Made by a program: the position numbers and the translations under genes. Positions 27,309-37,703 of a stretch of 64,000 nucleotides of DNA are shown here, piece after piece. The stretch is taken from NCBI GenBank assembly GCA_046861645.1, contig JBHHUM010000002.1, forward strand, positions 512-64,511. Direction: 5' to 3'. Origin of the DNA: Fidelibacterota bacterium. GTDB lineage: Bacteria; Fidelibacterota; Marinisomatia; Marinisomatales; UBA2128. The notes under the pieces were generated by a model that worked only from the letters and a program-made list of their open reading frames with translations, was not told the DNA's origin and did not search any database. The first letter of the stretch is position 1. Each line of letters begins with the position of its first letter.

Positions 27309-27577
27309 TATTTATCCATCTCCGAAAACAGTTCGTCCATGTTTTCAGTGTCGGTCACATCACCAGATTCAATGTCTTTTTCTGCATGTAGTTCGTCTTT
27401 CTGCCATTCTGCAGTGTAGAAGTAGGCTTGATCTCTTGGGATCACAATTTTAGGCTCTAGAATGATTCTGTTATTCTGGACATACACATCAAGATAATCA
27501 TCGGCTTCCAAGTGTAACGATTTCACAATTTCTTTAGGAATGGCTATTTGGTTACTCTTTCCTAGTTTTCTAAGCAT
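27308..27577 (-). CDS. AbrB/MazE-type antitoxin with acidic C-terminal tail
   Basis: GKSNQIAIPKEIVKSLHLEADDYLDVYVQNNRIILEP. GGAGG RBS. Confidence 0.8.
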   Translation of the reverse strand: MLRKLGKSNQIAIPKEIVKSLHLEADDYLDVYVQNNRIILEPKIVIPRDQAYFYTAEWQKDELHAEKDIESGDVTDTENMDELFSEMDK

Positions 27578-27589
27578 TTATTACCTCCA

Positions 27590-27628
27590 CATATATCATA
27601 TATCAATATAATCATATAATCATATATT
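27590..27628. repeat. five tandem 7-9 nt CATATA(W)T units abutting the antitoxin RBS (candidate operator)
   Basis: CATATAT CATATAT CAATATAAT CATATAAT CATATATT, located 13-51 nt upstream of the ATG at 27577. Confidence 0.5.
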
Positions 27629-27674
27629 ACAAAGAACAAAACTTGTAAATAATAAGTGAGACAGTGGAGAAAAT

Positions 27675-28934
27675 TCAGTCTGTAGTAAGATATTTCAATA
27701 ATTCATTAACTGGGACGATCTGCTGCTCACCTGTGGCAAAGTCTTTCACTTGGCAAGTCCCCGCCGTCAGCTCTTCTTCTCCGATGACAACAGTGTGTGT
27801 GGCGCCTTGCCGGTTGGCTTCCCGCATCTGAGCCTTAACGCTCCGCTGGAGTGTATCGAAATCAGTAGTGATGCCTTCGGTACGGAGGTTCATGGCTGTC
27901 TGCATTACGGTAGTTCCGGCTTTTTCCCCGGCGGCGATGACAAATACCCTGACTGCTTTATCATCATCTGAATCTATCTCTTTCGGGATGGCTAACAGGA
28001 TGCGCTCGATTCCTGCTGCGAATCCTACCGCCGGAGTGGGTTTTCCACCCAGCTCTTCCAGAAGATCGTCATACCGTCCGCCGCCGCAGAGAGCGTTCTG
28101 AGCTCCAAGAGCATCAGAGGTAATCTCGAAGGTTGTCCGGCCGTAGTAATCCAGCCCCCGCACTAAAAGGTCGTTCTGCTCGTACGGAATCCCCAGAGTG
28201 TCCAAGCCTTCCTGCACACACTCGTACTGTTCTCGGTCAGCATCATCAAGGAAGTCGAGTATGCGCGGTGCATCCCGCAGGATGGCCTGTTCGCCTTCGT
28301 CCTTGGTGTCGAGAATGCGCAGGGGATTTGTTTCCAATCGCTGTCTGCTGGTCTCCGACAAATTGTCTATTTCAGGCGATAGAAATTCCACGAGAGCCTT
28401 ACGATAGCGATTACGGCACTCCTTCGACCCGATATTGTTTAACTGTAGCTGAGGGTTGAATACTCCCAATTCTTCCATCAGGCGGAAAGCGAGGGCAATG
28501 ATCTCCACATCCTGCTCCGGGTAAGGCGAACCGATGGCTTCTGCCCCGAACTGGTGGAACTGGCGAAGTCGGCCTTTCTGGGGACGCTCCTGCCGGAAGA
28601 GGGCGTCAATGTAGTAGAGCTTTGTGAGGGCGCCGCCGCGATCCAAATTGTGCTCAAGATAAGCCCGCATGACCGGCGCTGTCAGTTCCGGCTTAAGGGT
28701 GAGACTCGTATGGCTCTGATCAAGGAAAGTGTACATCTGCTTGGAGACAATGTCGCTCTCTTCACCAACACTCCGGGTAAACAACTCTGTACGTTCGAAT
28801 GCAGGAGTGCGAATCTCTCCATAACCCCAACGGTTCATGAGTTTGTGGACAACCTGCTCTAGCTTTTGCCACTTAGTAGAATCATCGGGGAGGATATCTT
28901 TAGTCCCTCTGATTGCTTTTAAATTTTCTGTCAT
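27675..28934 (-). CDS. hisS: histidine--tRNA ligase
   Basis: 419 aa. KAIRGTKDILP, class II motifs (FRQERPQKGRLRQFHQFG; GGGRYD), C-terminal anticodon-binding domain. Confidence 0.92.
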   Translation of the reverse strand: MTENLKAIRGTKDILPDDSTKWQKLEQVVHKLMNRWGYGEIRTPAFERTELFTRSVGEESDIVSKQMYTFLDQSHTSLTLKPELTAPVMRAYLEHNLDRGGALTKLYYIDALFRQERPQKGRLRQFHQFGAEAIGSPYPEQDVEIIALAFRLMEELGVFNPQLQLNNIGSKECRNRYRKALVEFLSPEIDNLSETSRQRLETNPLRILDTKDEGEQAILRDAPRILDFLDDADREQYECVQEGLDTLGIPYEQNDLLVRGLDYYGRTTFEITSDALGAQNALCGGGRYDDLLEELGGKPTPAVGFAAGIERILLAIPKEIDSDDDKAVRVFVIAAGEKAGTTVMQTAMNLRTEGITTDFDTLQRSVKAQMREANRQGATHTVVIGEEELTAGTCQVKDFATGEQQIVPVNELLKYLTTD

Positions 28935-28939
28935 GGAAG

Positions 28940-29269
28940 TCAGTTTAGCATCTCGTTGAGGATATCGGTGGCTTCATCGTGGTATTCGTAGGGGACATAG
29001 ATAGAACATTTAGTGCCGGGAATACCCGCACCTTTAACACCAAAAGCCGATATCATGAACTCGGTCTTGATATAACACGGAATCCCGTTATTATCAAGAG
29101 CTTCCTTGACCATTTCTGCGTAGATATCCCCAGGGATATTTTCCAGAGGTACCCATTCTACCTCTTCTAACGGAAGGGGTTCTTCCAGCGAGGGGACAAG
29201 GCTGGCTTTACAATCTTCACAGAAGAGGATATCTTCCCGGTATTCTGATTTGCATTCTGGACAGAACAT
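28940..29269 (-). CDS. zinc-ribbon plus DUF2007-like small protein
   Basis: CPECKSEY...CEDC, followed by IYAEMVKEALDNNGIPCYIK. 5-nt gap to hisS. Confidence 0.6.
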   Translation of the reverse strand: MFCPECKSEYREDILFCEDCKASLVPSLEEPLPLEEVEWVPLENIPGDIYAEMVKEALDNNGIPCYIKTEFMISAFGVKGAGIPGTKCSIYVPYEYHDEATDILNEMLN

Positions 29270-29523
29270 GGTGTCTCCTTACGATTGCGATGGAGTTATT
29301 GGTGCTTCATGACATAAGAACTTACTGTCGGGAATTTGCCTTGTTCAGGAGGGAAAAACAAAAGGTTTGTCATATGGCATGTCTTAATAGTACTAACAAG
29401 TACATTTCAGCGACCCATTAATTACGCATTGAGGAGAATCGTTGGTCTGGGAGAGTTATTGGTAGAGGACAATCAGATGATTAGTCATAAAGGAGTGGTA
29501 TATAAAACGGGATATAATAAATT

Positions 29524-30639
29524 TTAAAGACGATAGCCAAGTCTGATACTGAATTCAAGTGGTATTCCGTCAACAATTGTATAGCCTAGGTCTACTGGAG
29601 TTTTATCCAGGTAATCAAGCTGGTCCGTTGTAGAGAGAGAGATTCCAATCGATTTACGTTCCCACTGGTACCCAATCCCTATACCAAACGATTGAGCTGA
29701 AGAATAAACATAATCATAAGATTCGCTTTCCAAATCGTATGAGAAATGCTTTGGCGGTGTATCTAAGTTAAACCAGGCAACTATGGTGACTGGTGACCAA
29801 ACATCCCATTCAACCAGGGCATTTATTGAAGGCTTGAGTTGAACATCTTCGACTGAAGTTGATGCGGTATATCCCAGGACATTATTTGCTCTAAATTCTA
29901 TGAACATCCCTGGAGAAAGAACAGTTGATGCGAAAAGGTTTACTCTGCTTGGTATCTTTTTCAATATTTTACCTTGACCATAGTAGTCCAACACAGCGTG
30001 GTCCCAAGGCGTACTTAAGAGATTCTCCAGTGTTAAGCCTGCGGTCACCCTCTTGTTGCTATAAATGTATGCTATATCGAAAGCTGCTGCATAGGTATTG
30101 CCTGTATAGACAATGGGATCTGAGTCATCAGGATCCAACTCTGTCCATGAGGATAAAAACTTGACAGAAGCCCCAAGACCTGATGAAGCAGAAAGAGCAT
30201 AGCCATAGGACAAAAGGGTGGCACGATAGTGGTACATGGCACGACTGTCTTTAAGTTCATCAAAGATCGGATTGTAGCGGTAAGGAGGATATTCCAAGTT
30301 ACCTTGGGATTCCTGTAGAACAGTAATGGCTAAGTGTCCCAAATTTAATTTGATAAACCAAGAAAGACCACGATAGTGTATTGAATATTGAAATACACTG
30401 TTCTCCCACCTGTGTTCCTGCACTGAAAGCCCAATCTGGATATCCTTTGAAGGATATTGTGCAAGTCTTGCTGGGTTAGGAGCAAAAAAGGAATACATAT
30501 CTGAAAAATCGGGAGTGGTTTTAAGCCAGGATGAATTGTTATAGTATTTTAGTTGTTGAGTAAAAACAGAGTTATAAAGGAGGACCGAAAAGAATAAGAT
30601 ATTAAATATGTTTTTATTAACTAGTCTTGAGATGGTCAT
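29524..30639 (-). CDS. putative outer-membrane beta-barrel protein
   Basis: Signal peptide, with alternating hydrophobic beta-strand pattern throughout. Visibly AT-richer than its neighbours. Confidence 0.5.
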   Translation of the reverse strand: MTISRLVNKNIFNILFFSVLLYNSVFTQQLKYYNNSSWLKTTPDFSDMYSFFAPNPARLAQYPSKDIQIGLSVQEHRWENSVFQYSIHYRGLSWFIKLNLGHLAITVLQESQGNLEYPPYRYNPIFDELKDSRAMYHYRATLLSYGYALSASSGLGASVKFLSSWTELDPDDSDPIVYTGNTYAAAFDIAYIYSNKRVTAGLTLENLLSTPWDHAVLDYYGQGKILKKIPSRVNLFASTVLSPGMFIEFRANNVLGYTASTSVEDVQLKPSINALVEWDVWSPVTIVAWFNLDTPPKHFSYDLESESYDYVYSSAQSFGIGIGYQWERKSIGISLSTTDQLDYLDKTPVDLGYTIVDGIPLEFSIRLGYRL

Positions 30640-30925
30640 AGTGGTTTATTGCTATCCACCCTTACCGGGAGGAGGCTCAATGTCATCTCCTGCAGGTGGA
30701 TCTTGAATCCAGAGATTTATTACAAAACAACTCGATCAATATATTTTTCTCTTCTAAATGTTGATAGAAAACACATTTTAATAAATGTATAAGGGGTGGG
30801 GTAAAAAGGCAATATAAAATTGGCATTTTTTAATACTGGTAGCTTCTATTTTCTATATGTTCGCTTCCACACTTTTAAGAATCCACTCTCAAACGTCAAG
30901 GTTATTTATTTTTTAGATCTTGGGT

Positions 30926-33900
30926 TTAAAAGTACGGCAGATTCCACCGCCCGCCTCTGGATTCGACTTTGAGATCGTCTAGAGTAGGCGACTTCACATT
31001 TACTTTCAGGTAAAATCCTTGCCCGAGCCCGCCGGGGGTCCAGTTGAACGACAGTTCCCAGCAGTGGAGATCCCGGTAGATGTTGAAATCGTGACTTACT
31101 AGCTTCCGCTCCAGTAGGTCGAATCGGGCCGAGTACCGAATCCGCCAGAACTTGGTAACCTGTAAATCCAAGCCTAAATGTCCCCAGAATTTGTCCTGCC
31201 GATTGTTAGGGTCGAAGCGGTTGGCTGAGTAACGCAGACTGAGAGTAGCATTCCATAGTTTGCCACCAGAGATAGGTTTCCTGTTGGTTTTTGATAGCGG
31301 TTTTTCCCTGGCTTCACTTAGATCAATTTCCCCCGTGTCGGTTACAGTGGTATCTGTTTCCGTAACTAATTCAGTCTCTTCCCGGGATGCCCAACGGCCA
31401 CCGACGAACCTGAAGCCGGTTGAAGCGCTCATGTTTGTCAGTCGTGGTGATGGTAAACCCCAGCGATTTATCCTTAGCTCGTCCACCCTGATCAGTTCGC
31501 CGTTGTCACGGTGTACATCATAGAAATCATGAGTCATGGAGATATCCAGGTTCAGTTTACCAGCCAGTTTGGCCCGGATAGACGACCGGAGATTAGCCAG
31601 TTTGAATTGCTCAGCCGAGAAGTTGTAGCTGCTGTTCATATTCCACGTCAGGAGGTTGTTAATCTTTTTCTCCTCACCCCCACTTAACACTTTTGCCTGT
31701 AGTACATTTTTGATAGAAAAGTTAAGTTTTTTAGCTTCTCGGGTAGAGGTTGCCCCGATCACACTTCCACTGAAGGGATCAAAAAGGTGCTCCCTCCCAG
31801 CACTATCAGTGATGGTCTTGAAGTAACCCAAATCATAACCGAATATGGGTTTTGAATAGTCTGGCTGATAGCTGAAACCGATAGATGGGGTTAATGTGTG
31901 TCGCAAGGCCAGTAGAGGGCCGATTTTAACTGGAAACAAGCCGTAAAGTTTGGTGTTGGCGCTTACGGATAGTGACCCGGTGTGACGGGCTCGAAAACCC
32001 TCTACCTCCCGCTTATCCAGAGCCTTGCCCAGAGAGTCAACTGTGTCAGCATTGAAATAACGTGTGATCCATTCCTCACGGATATTCAGGCTGGGCTGAA
32101 TGGCGACATGACGTAATAGTCTGAAGGATCCGGAGAGGGATATGTTGTGTGACCAGCTGTTGTCCTGTCTAAAATCCAGATTCTGCCAGCTGTAAGTGTC
32201 TGTCGTGTCCAGGATAGCATTACCTAGAGAATCCATACCTATGGAGTCGATGTACGTCGTATCGTACACTGATTCATAGAAACCGGTCTGCCTGTTTTTC
32301 AGGGTGCTGTTATATGACCAATAGATAGCCCCACCTTTTCCAGCTCCTCCTGACAATTGAGATCGTCCTTTGTAGAAAGTCAGAGAGGGAAGTACAGAGT
32401 TGGTTTCATTAATACGCTGTCCTTCCCTGACGGGGTCTTCGTAGTAGATGGAGTCTACCCCAGAGGATTTATGGGTTTTTGCTTCAGCCATGAGATTTCG
32501 ATTTTCTGATACACTGGCTGATAGACTCAAGCCCAGTTTTGGCCACCGCTTGGAGTAGTTAGCCCTGGAATTAGCCGTCTGGTTCAACCGGGTACTCCTG
32601 TCCACACCTAACTTGCGGTTGAATTTATTGTCGCTGTAGTAGCTGGCATCGACGTTGAAGGACTGGTTGTATCGCATCTGCTGTTGATGGTGCCATACCA
32701 GCGACCAACTCTCCGAACTTGGTCGCTCGAAGATATCCTTGATATCTCTGGTGGCGATCATCCTGTTGTAGCGGAAATTGAAACTGCCATTGAAGCCGTA
32801 CCGTTTGTAATAACTGTTACGACTCTGCAAGAGAATTCCCTTTTCATCGTAGAAGTCGAAAAGAATCTGGCTGTTTACATATTCGTTTACAGCCCAGAAA
32901 TAACCCAGTTTTTTCAAGTAACGGCCCTGGGTAGCGTTTTCTCCATAAGTAGGCATGATCCATCCAGAGTGTCGCCTCCCTCCCTGATCGGGAAAAACTC
33001 CAAAGGGAAGCCCAAACAGGGGTACTCCTCCCAGATACAGGATGATGGGTTTGACAATGATCTTATCTTCAGAAATCATTTTCATCTTTTGACTCTGAAA
33101 ATGGAAATGGGGACTTGGATCCAGATCACAGGTGGTGTAGGCACTCTGAGTGACAAAGTATGTATTTTCATCACGATTACGAATCTCGGAACCGCGATAA
33201 TACCCATCGTCTAAATGGGTTTTCCCATGCAGAACTCGCCCCCGGCCTGTGGAGAGGTTGTAGGTTAGGGAGGTACCCACCATAGGGTTGTGTCCCTTTT
33301 GTTTGAGTACAGGGAGATCATCTGGTTGAGGGATGGAATCGTTATCTATTGCGGGAGAGGGGAGGGCATGCATCAGATTTTCATCCCACGAAACAGCCAC
33401 AAACCCTGATTCTAACTGAAGATCCTGGTAATCAATGCGTGCTTTATTTCTCAGGGTGGTCAATTCTTTGGGAATAATGTAGTCCAGCATTTCGGCTCGA
33501 TATATGATGAGGTCGTTGATATTTTCTGATGCCTCATCCGGCTGATATTCTCCTCTGGCACCGCCTATCACCTTGATAGTTTCCAAGGTAGTGTTTTGAG
33601 CTGAATCACTTGTAAAGGCTAACATAATAGTATCTCCAGAAGCGATATTCAGTCCCTGATAGACTGAATCTTCAAAGAGGTGATAGAGTGTGGTGGCCAT
33701 CCCTTCCAGACGGACAGAATCGAGTTTTCCCTCCACCAGGAACGCTTCTAACCTCTTCCCGGTCATATCATCCTGAAACTCGACTGGAGAATAAGTTTCC
33801 TCGGAGTTGGTAGTATCTGCTGGAGATCTTAACTTGCCTCGACTGGGGTAGATAATATGAGCTTCGTCAGGAATTGAGAGATGTTCGAGTATTTCGTCCT

Positions 33901-34543
33901 CATAAGTCAGGAAAATCTCTGTACCGGAGATAATACGGTCCTCCTGAGTGATCACAGGTTCATCGAAAAGGATTGATGATTCGGTAGTAGCATCATAAAT
34001 ACTCCGTCCACAAGTAGCCCTACGACCTTCCTCGTCAATAACGACATTGCCCCGGGCAGTATAACTGGCAGCGTTCAGTTCTTCTTTCTTTCGATAGGTG
34101 ATGCGCCGGGCGGTGATGGTCTGCTTCTTCTGGATGAATTGAACTGAGCCACTTGCTGAACCGCTATCGATCTCCATGTAATATTCCAGAGTATCCGATG
34201 TCAGCTGATAATCGGGATCACGAAATTCAATCCTGCCGTATCCAGTGAGAATATCACGCTCTGTATCCATGTGGAGGGAATCGGCGGTTAGAACCTGTTC
34301 ATTTTTTTCCATGCGGACGTTATGAACAAAGGTGGCGCTGTTATTAGCCTGACGGTAGTAGGCTCTATCTGAGGTGAGAATGGCAATCCCTTTACGAAAT
34401 TTTACATTTCCCCGCAGGAACTGCGTGGCGTTGCCATTTTTATCTGTGACGTTTTCTAATTCATCAGCGTGGATCAGCCGGAGTCTATCCTGAGCAGTTA
34501 GGATGACTATCAAAAAAGAAAAACAGAGTAAGATGTTTTTCAC
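30926..34543 (-). CDS. giant LptD/OstA-family outer-membrane protein
   Basis: 1205 aa. N-terminal OstA-like repeats (LIHADELE...GNVKFRKG...LTADSL...), a long beta-rich C-terminal region, and a terminal aromatic residue (..NLPYF). Confidence 0.7.
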   Translation of the reverse strand: MKNILLCFSFLIVILTAQDRLRLIHADELENVTDKNGNATQFLRGNVKFRKGIAILTSDRAYYRQANNSATFVHNVRMEKNEQVLTADSLHMDTERDILTGYGRIEFRDPDYQLTSDTLEYYMEIDSGSASGSVQFIQKKQTITARRITYRKKEELNAASYTARGNVVIDEEGRRATCGRSIYDATTESSILFDEPVITQEDRIISGTEIFLTYEDEILEHLSIPDEAHIIYPSRGKLRSPADTTNSEETYSPVEFQDDMTGKRLEAFLVEGKLDSVRLEGMATTLYHLFEDSVYQGLNIASGDTIMLAFTSDSAQNTTLETIKVIGGARGEYQPDEASENINDLIIYRAEMLDYIIPKELTTLRNKARIDYQDLQLESGFVAVSWDENLMHALPSPAIDNDSIPQPDDLPVLKQKGHNPMVGTSLTYNLSTGRGRVLHGKTHLDDGYYRGSEIRNRDENTYFVTQSAYTTCDLDPSPHFHFQSQKMKMISEDKIIVKPIILYLGGVPLFGLPFGVFPDQGGRRHSGWIMPTYGENATQGRYLKKLGYFWAVNEYVNSQILFDFYDEKGILLQSRNSYYKRYGFNGSFNFRYNRMIATRDIKDIFERPSSESWSLVWHHQQQMRYNQSFNVDASYYSDNKFNRKLGVDRSTRLNQTANSRANYSKRWPKLGLSLSASVSENRNLMAEAKTHKSSGVDSIYYEDPVREGQRINETNSVLPSLTFYKGRSQLSGGAGKGGAIYWSYNSTLKNRQTGFYESVYDTTYIDSIGMDSLGNAILDTTDTYSWQNLDFRQDNSWSHNISLSGSFRLLRHVAIQPSLNIREEWITRYFNADTVDSLGKALDKREVEGFRARHTGSLSVSANTKLYGLFPVKIGPLLALRHTLTPSIGFSYQPDYSKPIFGYDLGYFKTITDSAGREHLFDPFSGSVIGATSTREAKKLNFSIKNVLQAKVLSGGEEKKINNLLTWNMNSSYNFSAEQFKLANLRSSIRAKLAGKLNLDISMTHDFYDVHRDNGELIRVDELRINRWGLPSPRLTNMSASTGFRFVGGRWASREETELVTETDTTVTDTGEIDLSEAREKPLSKTNRKPISGGKLWNATLSLRYSANRFDPNNRQDKFWGHLGLDLQVTKFWRIRYSARFDLLERKLVSHDFNIYRDLHCWELSFNWTPGGLGQGFYLKVNVKSPTLDDLKVESRGGRWNLPYF

Positions 34544-35850
34544 GAATCGTTTTCTGGATAACGTCCTTTCCAGAGATGCAGTAACCGTTTACGGATATAT
34601 TTTTCGTATCCTTGCCCGGTCGGGCGGTAGAAGGTTGTAACATTCATGTTCTCCGGGAAGTAGTTGACCTCGATAAAGTGATCTGGATGATTATGAGGGT
34701 AGTCATAATCCTTGCCATAATCGATAGCTTTCATGAGTGGTGTAGGGGCATTGCGTAAATGCAGAGGTACTGGGGAAGTTCCTTCTTCACGTATTTTTTG
34801 AGAAGCTTTTACAATTGCCTGTGTGCTGGCGTTTGATTTTGCTGCAGTGGCGAGGTAGGTTGTCACTTGAGCCAGTACCAGCGTTGCTTCTGGCATACCG
34901 ATAGCGTGAACAGCGTTAAATCCTGCTGTAGCTAAGGATAAAGCCTGGGGGTCAGCATTACCAATATCTTCTGATGCCAGGATGATCAGGCGCCGGGCAA
35001 TAAACTCCGGCTTTTCACCCCCTTCTAACATGGTTGCCAGCCAGTAGATGGCAGCATCAGGATCGCTACCCCGTACAGATTTGATAAAAGCGGAAATAGC
35101 ATCGTAATGGTAATCACCAGCTTTATCGTAGAGATTGGTTTTGGATTGGAGGGCTTCCTTTAGTGCTTCCCTGGTAATAGTGATTTTACCCTGCTCATCT
35201 TCTATTAGCCCCAGAACCGCCTCCAGGGTGTTGAGCATTTTACGGGCGTCTCCCCCAGCAGACTTGATCAGCTCCGTCCTCACCTCCTTGGCAAAATGAA
35301 TGTTCTTCAGAGCTAACTGTATATCAGTGCTTAAAGCTCTTTTCAGGATATCATCAAGGTTGTCCTCTAAAAGGGGTTGCAGTCGGAGCACCCGGCAACG
35401 GGAGAGCAAGGGGGTGATAACTTCAAAGGAGGGATTCTCAGTTGTAGCTCCGATGAAGAGGATCACACCTTTTTCAACGGCGTGTAGTAGTGCGTCCTGC
35501 TGCGCCTTGTTAAAACGGTGAATTTCATCGATAAATAGTACTGTCTGACGTCCCATTTGGCGATTTGTTTTTCCAATTTCCAGGACATTGCGTACGTCTT
35601 TTACTCCTGATGAGACTGCGGAAAGTTCGTAAAAATCGGACTGTGTCTCGCTGGCGATGATTTTAGCCAGCGTTGTTTTTCCTGTACCTGGTGGTCCCCA
35701 CAGGATCATGCTGAATAGAGCGTTTTCCTGGATTGCTGATCGCAGGAGTGTTCCTTCTCCTGCCAGATGAGACTGACCAATAAAATCATCCAGCATATTG
35801 GGCCGAATTCTTTCAGCAAGAGGCGGTAAGGTTGAGTTTGAGGGTATCAT
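34540..35850 (-). CDS. rarA: replication-associated recombination protein A (AAA+)
   Basis: LAERIRP...FIGQSHL, Walker A GPPGTGKTT, FIDEIHRFNKAQQD, and the MgsA C-terminal domain (AISAFIKSVRGSDPDAAIYWL). Confidence 0.92.
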   Translation of the reverse strand: MIPSNSTLPPLAERIRPNMLDDFIGQSHLAGEGTLLRSAIQENALFSMILWGPPGTGKTTLAKIIASETQSDFYELSAVSSGVKDVRNVLEIGKTNRQMGRQTVLFIDEIHRFNKAQQDALLHAVEKGVILFIGATTENPSFEVITPLLSRCRVLRLQPLLEDNLDDILKRALSTDIQLALKNIHFAKEVRTELIKSAGGDARKMLNTLEAVLGLIEDEQGKITITREALKEALQSKTNLYDKAGDYHYDAISAFIKSVRGSDPDAAIYWLATMLEGGEKPEFIARRLIILASEDIGNADPQALSLATAGFNAVHAIGMPEATLVLAQVTTYLATAAKSNASTQAIVKASQKIREEGTSPVPLHLRNAPTPLMKAIDYGKDYDYPHNHPDHFIEVNYFPENMNVTTFYRPTGQGYEKYIRKRLLHLWKGRYPENDS

Positions 35851-35961
35851 ATTGATTAAACTTAGATCAGAGTCTGATGAAAGTCAAATAAATGAGCAGT
35901 GAAATCAAATTGCATTTGTGCTACCCCTGTCTTACACTTCGTCCGTTTAAAAGGAGAGAAA

Positions 35962-36390
35962 ATGATGATGGCTTACACGTTACTTTCTTTTTTTCTGACC
36001 ACTATTTCTATAGGTGCAACGTTACAAAATGAGACAGAAGGATTTGCGGGGGAAGTGACAACTGCCAGTGGGCTCCGTTATCTCGATCTTGTACGAGGAG
36101 AGGGTCTCTCACCGAAGGTGGGACAGACAGTTATTGTCCACTATACTGGTTGGCTGCCCGATGGAACAAAGTTCGATAGCTCGGTGGATAGAGCCCAACC
36201 CTTCAGTTTCAGGATAGGAGAGGGACAGGTTATCAAAGGATGGGATGAAGGAGTTATGACCATGATGGTGGGAGGAAGAAGAATGCTGTTTATTCCTCCC
36301 GAGCTCGGTTATGGTAATCGAGGTGTCGGTCCCATCCCACCAAATACCCAGCTAATTTTCGAAGTAGAGCTCCTGGGTATCAGGAAATAG
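35962..36390 (+). CDS. FKBP-type peptidyl-prolyl isomerase (exported)
   Basis: Start moved to ATG 35962 behind AAGGAG. VIVHYTGWLPDGTKFDSS...GEGQVIKGWDEG...IPPELGYG. Confidence 0.88.
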   Translation: MMMAYTLLSFFLTTISIGATLQNETEGFAGEVTTASGLRYLDLVRGEGLSPKVGQTVIVHYTGWLPDGTKFDSSVDRAQPFSFRIGEGQVIKGWDEGVMTMMVGGRRMLFIPPELGYGNRGVGPIPPNTQLIFEVELLGIRK

Positions 36391-36395
36391 GCATC

Positions 36396-36857
36396 GTGAT
36401 TAAGCGCATAAAGTCATTTTTTACTCAGAAGGTAAAAACTGGTGTTGATAAAACTCCGGAAAATAAAGATAGAGTGCCCTTGGCAGTATGTGCCCTGTTA
36501 ATCGAAATGGCTCAGGCTGATGGTGAATTCACCCAGGAGGAATTGTACCGGATTACAGATATTATGCAAGTCAAGTTCAACATCAGCAATCAAGAAATGG
36601 ATAACCTTGTTATGCTGGCGGAGAAAGAAAGAGAAGAAGCAATAGATCTTTGGCAATTCAGCAGGGCGATACGAGAAAACTGCAGCCGGGAGGAGAAAAG
36701 AGGAATTCTTCAGCTTTTGTGGAAGATAGTTTATACCGATGGCCAGCTTAATATGCACGAAGATTATCTCATACACAAGCTAGCCAATGTCCTTGATCTC
36801 ACTCATAAGGAGCTGATCGAAGCAAAAATGAAGATCAGAATTGATTTTGAGATTTAA
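36396..36857 (+). CDS. TerB-like domain protein
   Basis: ALLIEMAQADGEFTQEELYRI...LLWKIVYTDGQLNMHEDYLIHKLA is the TerB helical pattern. Confidence 0.7.
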   Translation: MIKRIKSFFTQKVKTGVDKTPENKDRVPLAVCALLIEMAQADGEFTQEELYRITDIMQVKFNISNQEMDNLVMLAEKEREEAIDLWQFSRAIRENCSREEKRGILQLLWKIVYTDGQLNMHEDYLIHKLANVLDLTHKELIEAKMKIRIDFEI

Positions 36858-36963
36858 TATTATCGATAAAGAAAATTACTCTTTTTTATAAAGCTGCGAT
36901 GTAACTTCTACCCAGTTGGTGTTATTTGGGCATTGACTGACTGATCAGTGCCACCTTCCAGGA

Positions 36964-37653
36964 ATGATTCTCAAGAAAAGTCAAAGAAAAGTATATAGTC
37001 CCTTTTATCAGCATCTTGTTCGGTTGAAATCACAGATCGGTACGCACTTTCTGGATTTCAAACTCCGGGAATTGAATCATGTAGTAGAATGGATTACTAA
37101 TCGAGGAGGACAAGGACTTATCCTAGATCTGGGATGCAGTACTGGATTTACAACCAGACATTTAGCCAATCGTTTTGGGAGCTCCCGTGTGCATGGTGCT
37201 GATATTAATTTGAAATCTGTAAATAAATGCCGTTGCCGGTATAATGATATCAGGTTTCATTATGTAGATAGAGATTTTTTTACAAATAATAACTGTAAGT
37301 TTGGAACTGTTCTTTTGTCACACGTGCTGGAACATGTTAATAGACCGGTGATGTTGTTGAATCGTGTTAAAACTTTACTGGATGATAATGGTACTCTTAT
37401 TGTCAGTGTACCTCAGGAGAGGATACGGGGAGATTCTGCTATTCCAGAGAACTTTTACAATTTGCTTCGGTTGAAATTTGAAAATGTTCATCGCGCGAAA
37501 TACACTATTGATAGACTTAATACGGTTCTAAGTGCTGCCGGTCTAAAATCTTGTGGTTATCAGTATGTTCACAGTCTGTGGGAAAATGGAAATATGGAAC
37601 ACTTACTCAACCACAGTCTTATCGTTTATACTCAGCGCAGAAGAAGTTTGTAA
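36964..37653 (+). CDS. class I SAM-dependent methyltransferase
   Basis: Motif I LILDLGCSTGF, then VLLSHVLEHV. Visibly AT-rich. Confidence 0.75.
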   Translation: MILKKSQRKVYSPFYQHLVRLKSQIGTHFLDFKLRELNHVVEWITNRGGQGLILDLGCSTGFTTRHLANRFGSSRVHGADINLKSVNKCRCRYNDIRFHYVDRDFFTNNNCKFGTVLLSHVLEHVNRPVMLLNRVKTLLDDNGTLIVSVPQERIRGDSAIPENFYNLLRLKFENVHRAKYTIDRLNTVLSAAGLKSCGYQYVHSLWENGNMEHLLNHSLIVYTQRRRSL

Positions 37654-37703
37654 ATTCTTCCCCAACGTACTTTAGTTTCAACCGATCAGAAGTAAATCGT
37701 GGT

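Noticed and set aside
27590-27628. Short AT-rich tandem repeats considered as a possible mini CRISPR or satellite array.
   Set aside because: The units are 7-9 nt with no spacers, and the total is only ~40 nt, directly abutting an antitoxin RBS. An operator or promoter is the better explanation.
37551-37703. Upstream extension of the PflX-like radical-SAM ORF overlapping the methyltransferase gene by ~100 nt.
   Set aside because: The extension (MWLSVCSQSVGKWKYGTL...) is just the alternative frame of the methyltransferase 3' end. Homologous proteins, as I recall them, start close to the MSNIQD... position.
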